This document shows positions 16,871-29,293 of a DNA stretch of 64,000 nt, piece after piece. Positions within the stretch are counted from its first letter, which is position 1, and every line of letters starts with the position of its first letter. The notes beneath the pieces were generated by a model. That model ran no database searches. It worked only from the letters and a program-made list of their open reading frames with translations, and was not told the origin of the DNA. Position numbers and translations under genes: made by a program. The stretch covers positions 248,001 through 312,000 of IMG/VR virus record IMGVR_UViG_3300042558_004148, one strand, 5' to 3'.

Positions 16871-17929
16871 TTAGATTATACCTATATCAAGTCCTGATGC
16901 GATCTTGCTATAATCTCTTATTCCAGTTCTTTTAAGAACCTCCGCTTTCATTTCAGGATTACCATTTAGCTTAATTATATCCAGCGGATTCTTTTTAATG
17001 TACTCATCCAGGATTTCCTGCCATGAACCATCATTATCAGATAAAGCGATATCGTGATATAGGTTAGTAAGTATATCCGATTTTTTTGATCCATTTTTAT
17101 CAGTTATAAATATTTCAACCTTCTTAATGTATTTAGTTAAAATTTCATCAATCTTCTGTATCATCGGATAACTATTCTGATAGCCGAGCTTCATTTTAAT
17201 TCTTATATAACGATCTCTATATTTGGATGTTTTCACTTCGCTTCCTGGTTTACCAGGAGAAATGTTGACAGTGTCAATACCATTCTTAAAGACAACCATT
17301 CCGCTACCTTTAAGGAGGGAAGCTATAATATGGAATGGCCACGATTTATTATGCTCTCCGTATACTTGATGAGAAAAATTCATGGTGATAGAATCATCCT
17401 TATTAACACTAGATGTACTTAATCCATTAAGAAGAAGTCTGTCCATTAAAGGGGTTCTTATTTTACTAAAGTCATTTAGAACACCAGGATTAAAGCTTTC
17501 CCTATATTTCTTATAAATATCACCTCCAGAAAGAGAATCCATACTGGCATTAGCCAATATCCATTTCTTATCCGAAACCATCTTATCAACTTCGTTTCTA
17601 GTAAAACCGCTTGGAGCCACCTTCTTAATACAGTCAATAACCATTTCTTCGAACAGTTTAGAAAGATCGGATGATGTTTGTTTTCCGTAATCTCTTCCCG
17701 ATGAGCTGTAGGTATAATTCCAATTGGATCCTGTTTTCCAGAAGTAGGTCATAACAGGAAGGAATCGGCTGGTTACATATACTCTTCCAGTCTTTACTGG
17801 TTTGGTTTTAATAAGTGATTCTAGTTTTTTACCCCACTCCGTAGAATTTAATGCTTTCATAAACTCCTCAGCTTCTGGATGTAAAGCTTTTTCAGCCTCA
17901 AATAATCTGAATGTTCTTAGGTTTTTCAT
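16871..17929 (-). CDS. CTS-like N-terminus protein, 352 aa
   Basis: MKNLRTFRLFEA; GGATATATAC upstream. Confidence 0.7.
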   Translation of the reverse strand: MKNLRTFRLFEAEKALHPEAEEFMKALNSTEWGKKLESLIKTKPVKTGRVYVTSRFLPVMTYFWKTGSNWNYTYSSSGRDYGKQTSSDLSKLFEEMVIDCIKKVAPSGFTRNEVDKMVSDKKWILANASMDSLSGGDIYKKYRESFNPGVLNDFSKIRTPLMDRLLLNGLSTSSVNKDDSITMNFSHQVYGEHNKSWPFHIIASLLKGSGMVVFKNGIDTVNISPGKPGSEVKTSKYRDRYIRIKMKLGYQNSYPMIQKIDEILTKYIKKVEIFITDKNGSKKSDILTNLYHDIALSDNDGSWQEILDEYIKKNPLDIIKLNGNPEMKAEVLKRTGIRDYSKIASGLDIGII

Positions 17930-17943
17930 GATGTATATATCCG

Positions 17944-18936
17944 CTATATTACATCCTTTATCGACATAAAGTTTCTGAATGCCTCATACTTTCTAACATC
18001 CTCTTCCGTTACTGTCGGAAGGTCATTGTACATGTGGATCTGATCTTCTAATGGTATTTTCTTCCATATCTTAAGCAAACCTTTACTGTAGTCACCACCA
18101 GCAGCCTTCATAGCATTAAAAGCCAGCTTAAGAGATTTGCTACTAACCACGTTACCCTCCAGATCTATATCTCTAAGAGTTAGATTAATAGGTGCACCTT
18201 TCATAGAAACAAGTTCATTATGGGACACTACCAGCCTTCTTCGTATTTCCGGACATCCTACAAGGTCACGCAATTTATTATCGGCGCAATTTAATGTAGC
18301 CAGCGATAGATTTTTTAACGGTTCCAATGATGTTATTTCATTATATGAGCATTTTAGATCTCCGTCTATATATTTGGAAATGTATTTTAGAGAGGTCAAT
18401 TTATTATTGGAACAGTCGTATTCGCTCACCCAATCCGGTCCATTCTTAAGGGATGTCAGTTCATTATGAGAGCAATCAAAATGGTAGGAAACCTTTCTTG
18501 GTAGGGCTGACCAAAGCTGCTTGAGCCCGGAATGTCTAATGCTAAAATATCTACAATTACCAAACTTTACGTCCTTCATCGTTTTAAATATTGCCAGCCT
18601 TAATTTTTTATCTTTTTTCGATTCTTCTCTATACCATCTACTCTTGGATTCAAGACCAAGATCAACTGATGCTAAAGTTCCATCAATATTAACAGATTCT
18701 GTAGAATAGTCAAAATTCCACGAGCTACTAAACCCATTTAGTATTTTTTTGACATCTTCACTAAGATGTGGAGGATCATTGTACTTTTTTAATAACCTAT
18801 GAGATGCATCAAATATTGCTCTGAATTCCTCCGAATCGGTTTCATTAAGACCCTCGATGGCTCCGATCACTTTCTTATGTAATTCAGCATTCCATGATGG
18901 TTTTTTCACTACTCTTTTTGCCATAATATTATCCAA
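17944..18936 (-). CDS. leucine-rich repeat protein
   Basis: repeated xxCSxNxLTSLxxxP units. Confidence 0.8.
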   Translation of the reverse strand: MDNIMAKRVVKKPSWNAELHKKVIGAIEGLNETDSEEFRAIFDASHRLLKKYNDPPHLSEDVKKILNGFSSSWNFDYSTESVNIDGTLASVDLGLESKSRWYREESKKDKKLRLAIFKTMKDVKFGNCRYFSIRHSGLKQLWSALPRKVSYHFDCSHNELTSLKNGPDWVSEYDCSNNKLTSLKYISKYIDGDLKCSYNEITSLEPLKNLSLATLNCADNKLRDLVGCPEIRRRLVVSHNELVSMKGAPINLTLRDIDLEGNVVSSKSLKLAFNAMKAAGGDYSKGLLKIWKKIPLEDQIHMYNDLPTVTEEDVRKYEAFRNFMSIKDVI

Positions 18937-19036
18937 GATATCGATATTATATGTGATGATCGATATTAGGTTCCAAAATGGTGATGACTAAATACCACAA
19001 AAAAGGCTCAGTATTTTAATTTCTGAGCCTTTTTTA

Positions 19037-19543
19037 TTATTCTAATGCGTGATTTTCCCAATGTCCTTCCGGATAACTAGGATTTATATAACATGTAAAC
19101 TTTGTCCAGTCCTTTCTTTTATCTTCGTTCCAATGATTCCATCTAGCATCCTCGTCCATAAATGGTTGATAACCTGATTTCTTTATTAGCTCAACAAGCC
19201 AATTAAGTAATTCTTTAATTAATGAATCATCCTTCTCACCCTCAATCTCAATGGAACATGCAATCCATGGTGTTCTTTGGACTTTACCTGATCTATCAGA
19301 GCTACCATATGTTAAAAGCTCGGGATAAAAAACCATACCAGTTTTGTTTATCCATTCCTTATTAGGAACATCCGGATTTAATTCAAACGGGGTTTCTATT
19401 TCAATATACCCGGTATCTACTTGATTACATTCTTTGTTTTTAAGAATGGCCGCAATAGCATCCTCTATCTCAGTATCAAGTTCTGGAGAAATGTCTATGA
19501 GTGATTCATTTATATGCGAGCTGAAAGATTTTATATACTTCAT
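19037..19543 (-). CDS. CTS-like N-terminus protein
   Basis: MKYIKSFSSHINES (internal ATG taken as start). Confidence 0.65.
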   Translation of the reverse strand: MKYIKSFSSHINESLIDISPELDTEIEDAIAAILKNKECNQVDTGYIEIETPFELNPDVPNKEWINKTGMVFYPELLTYGSSDRSGKVQRTPWIACSIEIEGEKDDSLIKELLNWLVELIKKSGYQPFMDEDARWNHWNEDKRKDWTKFTCYINPSYPEGHWENHALE

Positions 19544-19547
19544 CTTA

Positions 19548-19799
19548 TTATGCATTTTCGTTCGCCCAATCCTGTGCAATCTCTGGATGCATCGAATTAA
19601 GTTCGTCTAGTTCAACTTCAGTAAGTGGTGTTCCGTCCGTGTATTCAGCATAGGAAACGTATGAGTCAACGAAGTCTGGTCTATCATTAGTATCTATACC
19701 ATCAACCTCAATTGTGCTAAGGTCCAAACCTTTATCCTTGAATAGGAATATAAATTCAGGCTTCCCTGCAAAATCCTCAAATAATCTAATATGTTTCAT
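19548..19799 (-). CDS. CTS-like N-terminus protein
   Basis: MKHIRLFEDF; GATATATAGA upstream. Confidence 0.7.
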   Translation of the reverse strand: MKHIRLFEDFAGKPEFIFLFKDKGLDLSTIEVDGIDTNDRPDFVDSYVSYAEYTDGTPLTEVELDELNSMHPEIAQDWANENA

Positions 19800-19957
19800 A
19801 ATTTATTTATTATATTAATCTATATATCAATTTAAAATAGTTATAAATTCTTCATAACTAAAAACATAAAATACAAATTTATTTTTTTATACCGGGGAAT
19901 TCTCAGATATTTGCATAATAAATCGATGAAATCAATTAATTCAAAATAAAAAAACAT

Positions 19958-20992
19958 ATGGGAAGTTGGTCAGTAAGCTGTGGAATTAGCAATATCGCAA
20001 TCACATCAGGAAATGAATGTTGCATCATTCCGCTAAATGAATCAGGTCAAGACTATGGTGGGTATTTACCTACTACATTACCAATTTTTGGTAAGTATGA
20101 TGACTATGGCGGTATGGAAGACATAGTTGAGGATGAGAACACTAAACTCATAGAGGACTTTTTCGGTATCACAATTGCTGAATTTATTGAATTTTTGGTT
20201 GATGGAGAATATACTTTCGATAGACGTGAGGTTAAACCAATCAGACAAAAGCTAGAAGACAATGGAAAACTAGAGCACATCGAGAAATGGCGTTTTATGT
20301 GGGTGGATAAACAGGTTTATGATGTTATGGCACAATCATATGACGAACATGAGAAGGGACATCATGACTTTGGTACACCAGAAATGTTATCATTGTTAGG
20401 CTTCACACTTATTGATGGTGAAATCACAAACTACGATCCAAAACGTTTCAATAAGAAATATAAAAAAGGTGATTTGATTGTATATTCTGATGATAGAACA
20501 ATGTTATCAGAAGCTAATCGATACATTTTTTATACCGATAAAGGTTGCGAGAGTAGTCTTACCACATACACAGAATTACCAGAAGAATTAGCGTACATTA
20601 AGGATAAAACCAGTAGTGAAATTTGGCGATTAATGTCCAAAGTAAAGCAGAAGGAAAAGCTGGGTTATATCTTTGGGAATCGTTATGATCTGGATATCGA
20701 CGAGGGACTATTAGCTAACTTAAAAGATGCAATAGAAAAAACAGGTGATGTACTTGGTATTAAAATCAACAAAAAATCAATCTATAAACAATACTTCGAC
20801 AATATGGAGGAATTTGGTGATAAAATCGTTGGATTACTTAATGTTCGTGGTAATATGCATCCTATGTCCAGCAGATTTTTTCCACACGTATTGTATCTAA
20901 CCCCACAATGTGGTGAACATGAACAACACCAAATATTGCTTGAAGCATTTGCAAAGATTAATAAATCATACATCGAAGAATATGAAGACTAA
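19958..20992 (+). CDS. hypothetical early protein
   Basis: behind a promoter at ~19885; LPIFGKYDDYG motif. Confidence 0.7.
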   Translation: MGSWSVSCGISNIAITSGNECCIIPLNESGQDYGGYLPTTLPIFGKYDDYGGMEDIVEDENTKLIEDFFGITIAEFIEFLVDGEYTFDRREVKPIRQKLEDNGKLEHIEKWRFMWVDKQVYDVMAQSYDEHEKGHHDFGTPEMLSLLGFTLIDGEITNYDPKRFNKKYKKGDLIVYSDDRTMLSEANRYIFYTDKGCESSLTTYTELPEELAYIKDKTSSEIWRLMSKVKQKEKLGYIFGNRYDLDIDEGLLANLKDAIEKTGDVLGIKINKKSIYKQYFDNMEEFGDKIVGLLNVRGNMHPMSSRFFPHVLYLTPQCGEHEQHQILLEAFAKINKSYIEEYED

Positions 20993-23236
20993 TAACGAAA
21001 CGACGCTTAAAGCATCAAAAAAAGGAAATTATTTCCAGATCGATTATGTTAATGGGCTGGACCATGTTCCATCACACTACAATAAATACGTATGGGCTTT
21101 GAGCAAGAAGCATGCTAGAGAATTTATCAAACGTGTAGCTGAGATTGAAACCAGCATCAAGGAAATTCTTATCAGAGACGGTTTACCTTATGATTACCGT
21201 TTGATTGTTTATTTGTATTTGAATGCGATTGATAATATATCATCTGGGTTAGATATTAGAAGCAATATGAGTAGTTCAGAATTGGCTGATCGTTTTGTAT
21301 ATGGTTATGACCACAAATACAAAGAAGCGTATACGTTTTGTAAAGATACGCTAGATCATGTTGAAACTACTGGCAAGTTCGATAGCTACATGAAAGATTG
21401 GAGAAGACACGATAAACACAATGAACTTGTTCGTGAATTTAACCTACCATTAAAACGACTGGAACTGGAAGACTTCCATGTTGATGAATTAAAGAATATG
21501 AGTGAAGCATTGGATATGCTGCACAAATTGATTGACGAACAAAAAGAGTTAGTAGATGGGAAATAATGAAGCAGATCAAATCAAGTGCTATTGCGGACAT
21601 ACAGATTACTGTGATTGCGGTCCAGATGTTGTTGGTGATGCCAATGAAATTGAGAAGCTGGTGGAGTCATGGAGACAAAGACAGCTGAAATATGAGGACC
21701 TTGCTCAAAAGCACTCGGATAACGAGCACAATTTTAAAAAATTTACATATAAAGCAATGGCTACTAGAGATTGCTGGAAGGAACTATTAGAATTAGTAAA
21801 CAAATCAAAAAATTAAATTAAAATGACTCAAGAAGAATTAAAGCAAAAGTTTGCACAGAAAATGTTGGATGAGAATCTAGATTTCTTACCATTGGAAGAA
21901 TCCCTACAATTAGTGGATTGCGATATTAACCTAGACACCCGATTTTCATGGGTTATAAATGTGGAGGAACTTGGTACCGAGGATAGAGATTATGACGAAA
22001 TGACCACGGAGGAACTTCTGGGAAATTACAGAGAAGTTTTTGGTGATTCTGATTGTGGCTTAAAAGTTGGTAATAGTGATCAAGAATTTTCTGAATTCAC
22101 TATGGAATTAGCTCCGGCACCAACTTATATCGATTTAATCAAATAAGTTATGTCGAATCGGGTAAGATCTGGATGGAAAGACTTTTTAAATTGGCTGATA
22201 GGCTTACCCAAATGTAAAAAAGGTGGTCGATGCAATATGGATTCTGAAATTGAATATACCATGAAATCTGGAAAATTCTTTCGAAAAAGTAACAGATGGG
22301 CATGTTCTAAATGTCATACAGAGACAACCAAATATGGAGAAATTTAAAACCTCGCTTGGGTAGGTAAAAGCTAATTAATAATATGAAAAATTTAATCATC
22401 ACCGTGTCTGGTGAAACTAACTCAGGAAAGTCTCGTATAATGCTATTACTAAAGGATTTTCTAAGAGAAAATGATTTTATAGTCGAATTTGACGGTGGAA
22501 TCGATTATGAAAACGAGAATCAATTCAACGAACACGTGAGCAAAAATTTCGATCATGTAATTGAGCATGTGAAAAATACAAAAACTATAACGTTGAAAGA
22601 AGAACAACTAAACCTCGCTTGAATAGGTAAAAGCTAACACGTAATATGAAAATATCAGTAAATCAAGATGACTCATTCCAATTAGAGGAAGTTTATCTGC
22701 CGATAGTTCTAGTATCCGACGATAAGGAGGAAATGTCTATCGTAATGAGAGACAGCGGATTTGAGTTCAAGTATCAAGGGGATTGGTACATTGCAAAGAA
22801 TGGAGTAGTTGAGCTTCTAAGAAAACAGGATCTGTCCGGTGCATTAAAAGAAGCACCAGATACGGCAACAGCACAGTACGAAACACCAAATGCCGTTGAT
22901 TTTATGGATCTAGCTCCACAAACAACATTACAAACAACAAGAGGTGATGTAGTACCAGATGTGGATACGACGGGGAATGGAAAGCTGGTTGAAGCCATAT
23001 TGAGAGAATATATTTCTGAAAATCTATTTAATGGTTCAGAAGGATTAAAGGAATTACTTCAGAAAGAAATGGATAATCGTTTAGAATTCACTGTGATAGT
23101 ATTTGACGTGGAGAGTGGTGATGGATTCATTCACGGATCTGCTGGTTATCACTCGGATGGAAAGATGAGAATAGCTAACTTTACGGTGACGTCATACTTA
23201 GGTGATGTTATTTCTTCCGAAAATAAAGCGGATTAG
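20982..23236 (+). other. run of six hypothetical genes (20982-21566, 21556-21816, 21823-22146, 22150-22347, 22383-22622, 22646-23236)
   Basis: tightly packed co-oriented ORFs ending at a terminator ~23270-23305. Confidence 0.6.
22347..22637 (+). repeat. 28 bp direct repeat (26/28 identical) flanking one gene
   Basis: AAACCTCGCTTG(GG/AA)TAGGTAAAAGCTAA at 22347 and 22610. Confidence 0.8.
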
Positions 23237-23364
23237 TCAGCCTAATAGGCTACTCAAAAATATAATATGGATAGGAATGTCTTAATTAAGGCATTCCTAT
23301 TTTTTTTACCCGCAATGTGGTATTACATTTACACCATTAATAGATTCTTAATTTTAGGAAGAAC

Positions 23365-26300
23365 ATGAAGAAAAATCTATACCTATTACCAACTGATAAA
23401 CCAAGCAGATTAATAATCTATTCAACATTGTTAAATGAATTTAGATTATTAGCTGAGCCCATCGAAGATTGGAAACATAAAAGAAACGTCTATGTCACTT
23501 CTGATGAAGAACCAAAAGCTGGAGATTATGTATTAGATGATGAGCAAGATGTATTTCAAGTTTTAGAGATAAACCATACGCAAGGAATATTAAGAAGTGA
23601 TGGATTTACTCATGTAATAGCTATTTGTAAAAAAATAATACTAACAACAGATGACGAACTTATTAAGGATGGTGTACAAGCTATTGATGACGAGTTCTTA
23701 GAATGGTTTGTTAGGAATCCAAGTTGTGAGAAAGTTGAGGTCAATTCAATACCAAGATGCTGCGGAAGATGTAATGGAATAGACGATTTATGTTTTACTG
23801 ATATGACGTGCGATGATCATAAGGAAAGAGGCTGTGAAATTTGTTATGGAAAGATGGTTGAATATTTCATAATCATTCCAAAAGAAGAACCCAACCGGGA
23901 AATAACTTTTGAAAAAGTCTTTGGTGAAGAAAAAAAGAAAGATCTTAAAGAGTTTATTGACAAACATAAAAAAGAAACACTCGACGAAGCTGTTGAAAGA
24001 TTATTTAATTACCATTCAAATAATACATCATTGGCTGAAGGTCATTATGATTATATGATGGACAAGGAGGATTTTAAACAAGCATCATATGAATTGGTTA
24101 AATGGCAACATGAGCAAGATAAGAATAAGTTTAGCGCGGAGGAGGTCAGAAGAATAGCGGAATGGTCATTTCACTTCTATAAGACTAACGAATTTGATGA
24201 TGATGAGCTAGAAGCAGAATGGAGCAGAATACTAGATAATAATTTAAAAAAGAAATAAAACCATGAAAAATTTAGCAAACGTTGAGGTATTTCACATAGA
24301 AATCACAGAAAAAGGAGATTTTGCACACATTTCATTTCAAGATTTAGACAATTGGAGGGATATTAATAATGGATTTAACCACATTCGCGTTCCTATGAAT
24401 TTAAGACCAATTCAAAAATCTGTTAGAGATAATGTATTAGTCGACCAATCGGTTAAATTAGAATCGGAAGTTCTAAATAAACAATTTTAAAGAAATAAGA
24501 TCATGGAACAATCAGCAGTAGAATGGTTAGAGCTTCAATTAAATTCAAAGTCCATTATTACGAAAAGCTTATTTAAGCAAGCCAAAGAAATGGGGAATCA
24601 ACAACAAGACAAATTTGCTATTGACTTCTTTAACTGGTGTAACTCTGAAGATGCAGAAGATCTATTACACGATTTAATAATGGTTGGGGAAGTAGACAAA
24701 AATGTAACAATAGAACAAATATTAGAAATTTATAAAAACAAATAGGATATGGAACCAAAGCAAACACCTTTAGAAGAACTTAGACAATCCGATTTAAAAC
24801 ACTATGATGAATTATCAACAGAATGCCATCATTGGTCAAGTGGTGTACCAAGAGCAATAAATTTTTATTACGATTATAAAAAAATGAATTTAATTCAAAG
24901 AATTAAATTAGCATTTAAAAACAAATAAGATCATGGAACAATCAGCAGTAGAATGGTTAGTAGAACAATTTGAAAAAATAGTATTTTACAGTGAAGAAGC
25001 TAAAGAAAATACTATTAAACAAGCCAAAGAAATGCAAGAAAAACAATTATTAGAAATGCTTCACAAGTTTGGATTTGATTACACATACAATTACAGAGGA
25101 GAAAAAACTATTTATGAGTGGATCCCTGAATGGTTTGAAGAACAAAAAAGATTAGAACAATTAAAAAATAAATAAGATATGAAAGCATTTTACCTGAAAA
25201 GCTCAGTAACAAAAGACTTAACTCGTTCTTTTGAAGACATTATTAAAGATAGTGAAAATAATCCAGAATCATTTATCCCGGAAACTATGGAGATGAAGAT
25301 GGGATTGGAATCTATTGATATCCCTGAACATTTAGTTGAAAAATTCAAAGAACATTTCCACGATACTAAATCTCCTATAATGGAGGAAGAGATAATGGGG
25401 TTTTTAGAAAAAAACAAATAGGATCATGAAGGTAACGGAAACAGCACAAAGCAAAAGAAAACACCACACAGTAGAGGTAGATGGTATTCCTTATTTTAGA
25501 AATGAATATTTTGAGTTTAATTTCGAAAAGAATAAATGGGTGAGAGAAAAACTAGGCTGGAGTATCGGAGATGAGAAAGGCGAAGGACCTTATGTAGAAC
25601 CTAAAGGTGCTCTCGACAGTCTAAGTAAGTACACCTCTCAGGAATTGGAAGAAATGTTTAAAAAACTAAATAAGTAAAATTGTGATAGCGGTAACAGTAA
25701 CAGTGATTGTAGCCTTTGCAATTAGTTTTAAAGATAGATTTCTAGATTATTTGAATAACAGAAAATAATTAAACAGGGAAGCTGAAAACTGTATAGAGTA
25801 AGCAACATACATAAATTTATACATAAATGTACACATTAAGAACAATTGAAACAGATGGAAGAGAAGTAAATCTGTATTTAGGAAGTCATTACACGATCCA
25901 TAAAAAAGGAAGTGTAAGCGGAGAAGAATTCAAGCATAAAATTGACCAATTCTTTGGTGAGTCTTGTAGTGAAAACGAACATCCAGAACAAGTGAAATCT
26001 TTTATTGATGCAGAGAATTTACCAAACTCCCTACCTTTATATTGGGATAAAAACCACTACATCGTAAATGAATCAGGTAAAACATTTCAAAAACTTTAAA
26101 AAAAGAATCAAGATGACATCAGAAAGAATCAAAGAGATACAAGACCAAACGGCTTATCCGGAGAGTAGAAGTGTTATGCTAGCATTAAAGCAGGTATGGA
26201 ATGAGTGCGAACAGGATAAGTCCAAATACACGCTAGACGATCTAAAAGAAGCCTATTCGATGGGTAGAACGGGTAAGAGCATTAGGGATTTTAATCAAAC

Positions 26301-27432
26301 GTTTGAGAGAAAGTAGGTTATGGCAAATGCAAAACTTCACATCATCTGCGGTAACTGTGGACAGAACGACATGTTCGAACACCACATAAGTATCGAAATT
26401 GATGATGACACAGACGAGGAAAGACAAGTGGTGTATATTGCTTGTAATAACTGTGGCACTTTACACGATTTAGAGAACAATTCAGAATTTATAAAAAAAT
26501 AACACATGTCACATTCATCACCGGAAGGAATAATTTTAGGTAAAGGATCCAGATTGATATCATTTGATGCATCCATCAATGAAGAGAAAGTTATAAGCAT
26601 AAAACAGGAACCCAAGTACAATGATCTGGCAGTAAAAAGATTATTGGTGGAATTAAGACACGACATCCTTATTAAGGGGGATGTTGACTTGGAAGAATGG
26701 TGGAATCAAAAAGAAAATAAGAATTTATTATGAAAAAATTAAATTGGTCAGGCTTCGGAATAACATTCCTCCTGTGCATGTTAGCAGGATTTGCAAGAGA
26801 GCAGGAAGGGGAAACACTATTACAAAGCGCAATCATAGGAGGAGTCTTTGGTGTGGTGTTTGGTGTAATGATCCTGATAATGGGAAGAAAAGATTAGTAA
26901 TCAGCAATTAAAGAAAAAAGAATATGAAAAGAGTAGCAATTACAGCATTATTATTTGGTGTACTATCATCATGTAACTTAGACAACCAAAACGAAAACAA
27001 TGTTGTTGAATCTATAGATTCACATAAACCACTTCATGTAAGCAAGATGCAGATTGAAACGTTGTCGGATGAGGTTGGTCACGGTCTGCACAAGGTAACA
27101 TTAACTTCAGACAAAGACACGATCAACGTTCTAATCTATCGTGGAGTTGAGAGTGTGACCATGATACAGATTGATAAATAACGATGTGCATAAAAACATT
27201 TCTTTCCCTATTCAAAAAAACCAGAATAGAATACGAAAATAGGAATAGTCAATGGAACAGCGGACATATAATGGTTTATGTTAAAGGTGAGTTGATGGAA
27301 CATATATTTGTCGACGAGTACCTAGAGAACAATAAACATGAAGATGTGGTTGGTGTGGATGACATTATAGATCTGATGAAGATCAAATATGGTATAAGGA
27401 AGGTTGTGGAGGATGTTCACGATTGGAGATAA
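23365..27432 (+). other. operon of ~15 small hypothetical genes including MEQSAVEWL paralogs (24503, 24933)
   Basis: promoter ~23300, bidirectional terminator ~27445-27472. Confidence 0.65.
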
Positions 27433-27495
27433 ACAGCAGTAACTAAAAAAGCAGACCTAAGTCTGCTTTTTTTATATACGGTGATATCGAATCAC

Positions 27496-28194
27496 TTATT
27501 GCTTTCCCTTGCTTTGAAGTTCCTTACTGTACTCAGCAACTGGAACTGGTGTTCCTACAGGATAAGGAAATCCTACTTTAGCTGCAGTTACAGAAGTCTG
27601 TCCATTCTTAACAGGAACTGCTATTCGTAATGGAACTGCTGCTTCATTAAGTGGACCATAAACTTTAGCCAACACGATACCTGTTGATGTTGTATCAACG
27701 ATAACACCCGGCATTGCAAACATGTTGCTCTCACTTGTAGCTGGTGAATCTAAGTCGATGACGAATGCTCTATTCACAGGAGCCATCATTTCCCATTCCT
27801 TTGTTGTTGGATTGAATTGAGGAATTGTTGTTGATGCATCGTAGTACCAGAATAATGACCACACAGTATTAGCTGTTCCATCTGGGCTTTGAAAGTTTTT
27901 CTTTACATTGAAATCTCCGTAGGTTCCACTAACACCTTCCATTGCTAGATTGGATAGCGATGGTCCTGATAGCACTGGACATATTGCACACCCTTCAGCA
28001 TACTCAACCCCCTGTACAACAATCTTTCTTCCTGTAGGAACTGCTGCTGATGCACCACAAAAAGCAAAAGCTCCTTGGTGAACTTTCACTATGGTGTCCT
28101 TGTCCTTCTTGATGTCTTCAACAGTTTCTGGTTTTGTACTTGTGTTGCAGCTGAATAGCAGAGCAACCACAGCACCTAAAATAATCTTTTTCAT
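27496..28194 (-). CDS. lipoprotein
   Basis: MKKIILGAVVALLFS-C lipobox; GGATATATAGA upstream. Confidence 0.7.
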   Translation of the reverse strand: MKKIILGAVVALLFSCNTSTKPETVEDIKKDKDTIVKVHQGAFAFCGASAAVPTGRKIVVQGVEYAEGCAICPVLSGPSLSNLAMEGVSGTYGDFNVKKNFQSPDGTANTVWSLFWYYDASTTIPQFNPTTKEWEMMAPVNRAFVIDLDSPATSESNMFAMPGVIVDTTSTGIVLAKVYGPLNEAAVPLRIAVPVKNGQTSVTAAKVGFPYPVGTPVPVAEYSKELQSKGKQ

Positions 28195-28283
28195 AATTTG
28201 ATTTTGTTTATGTTATTAATGACTCTATATATCCGCACAAAAAAAGCAGACGTTTATCTGCTTTCATATTATTATTTCAATAT

Positions 28284-28856
28284 TTAGAATTTCATTCCGA
28301 ATTTCTTAATGATGCTATTAACCTTTGCAAGTTCTTCTTCGTCTAGCTCCTCTTTCAACCAGTAACTAAGAGCTGTTGATTTCATATTTGGATTTTTCTT
28401 ATAGTAATCCTCTCTTGCTTTATAATAAGCATTAACGTTCTTATGTTCATTCTTGTCCCAGCTTGAGAATATGTCCTTTATTGTTAGTGGATAAAGTTTC
28501 CATTGATTACTAACGTGTTTAGTGAAAGCATCTGGAGTTCCTATTAGTGCAGGTATCAGTGATCCTATTCCTTGGTATTTATCATATTCCAGTCCAAGTA
28601 AATCCCAAATTGAAGACAGTTCAATTAGCTCTTCCTTTGTTTTAATCTTGGAAAAAACTGCATATACTGCATCCTCGTCAGTTCCTGTACCTCTCATTGC
28701 TTTTAGCAGAGCCTTACAATTTCCAGCTGCTTGTTTTGCTTTTGGATTCTTCTTAAAAAAATCAACTATCACTTTAGGATCGGACTCCTTGCTAGCCAGT
28801 TCATTAAGTACGCCATGCTCGTCGCTAAATGCTTCGAATAATTTAATGTGTTTCAT
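28284..28856 (-). CDS. annexin-repeat-like protein with CTS-like N-terminus
   Basis: MKHIKLFEAF; ALLKAMRGTGTDEDAVYAVF matches the annexin repeat. Confidence 0.65.
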   Translation of the reverse strand: MKHIKLFEAFSDEHGVLNELASKESDPKVIVDFFKKNPKAKQAAGNCKALLKAMRGTGTDEDAVYAVFSKIKTKEELIELSSIWDLLGLEYDKYQGIGSLIPALIGTPDAFTKHVSNQWKLYPLTIKDIFSSWDKNEHKNVNAYYKAREDYYKKNPNMKSTALSYWLKEELDEEELAKVNSIIKKFGMKF

Positions 28857-28891
28857 ATTACTTATTGTTTTTTGATACTCTATATATTCTT

Positions 28892-29293
28892 CTATAACGT
28901 GGAATCGCCGGCACCTTTATGAATTAATTCGATTGATGCGGGCGGGATCTTTTCAAATGTGATAACTCTCTTGTCTTCAGGTTCAAAGTTGGGATCAACG
29001 TACCACGTGTTACTTAGACCACCTGTATCTATTCTATAGATGTCATCATCGTATGTGGAATCCCACCAATCCTTCTTATCATCACTGTTAACTGCAAAGA
29101 TGACTTCACCATCAATGTCGGTATCAGATAGCCAGCTTTCACCCTTTCCCTTTGGCACCAGACCCTCTCTTGAGATTGTGTCTCTAAATATGGGATTGGA
29201 CGTGTGATACAGATATTGGTTTGGTGACACCTGTACTAAATGAGTATTAGATGATTCGGATATAAACTTCTCGAATAGTTCAATGTGTTTCAT
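28892..29293 (-). CDS. putative ADP-ribosyltransferase/Tpt1-like fold protein with CTS-like N-terminus
   Basis: MKHIELFEKFISE; YLYHTS...REGLVPK...VIFAV. Confidence 0.5.
   Translation of the reverse strand: MKHIELFEKFISESSNTHLVQVSPNQYLYHTSNPIFRDTISREGLVPKGKGESWLSDTDIDGEVIFAVNSDDKKDWWDSTYDDDIYRIDTGGLSNTWYVDPNFEPEDKRVITFEKIPPASIELIHKGAGDSTL

Noticed and set aside
24743-26322. TAG-NNN-ATG in-frame junctions (24743, 26314) as further read-through fusions
   Set aside because: The same 3 nt spacing occurs with TAA (25173); explained by the junction motif, and the AAY-TAG-ATT context is absent.
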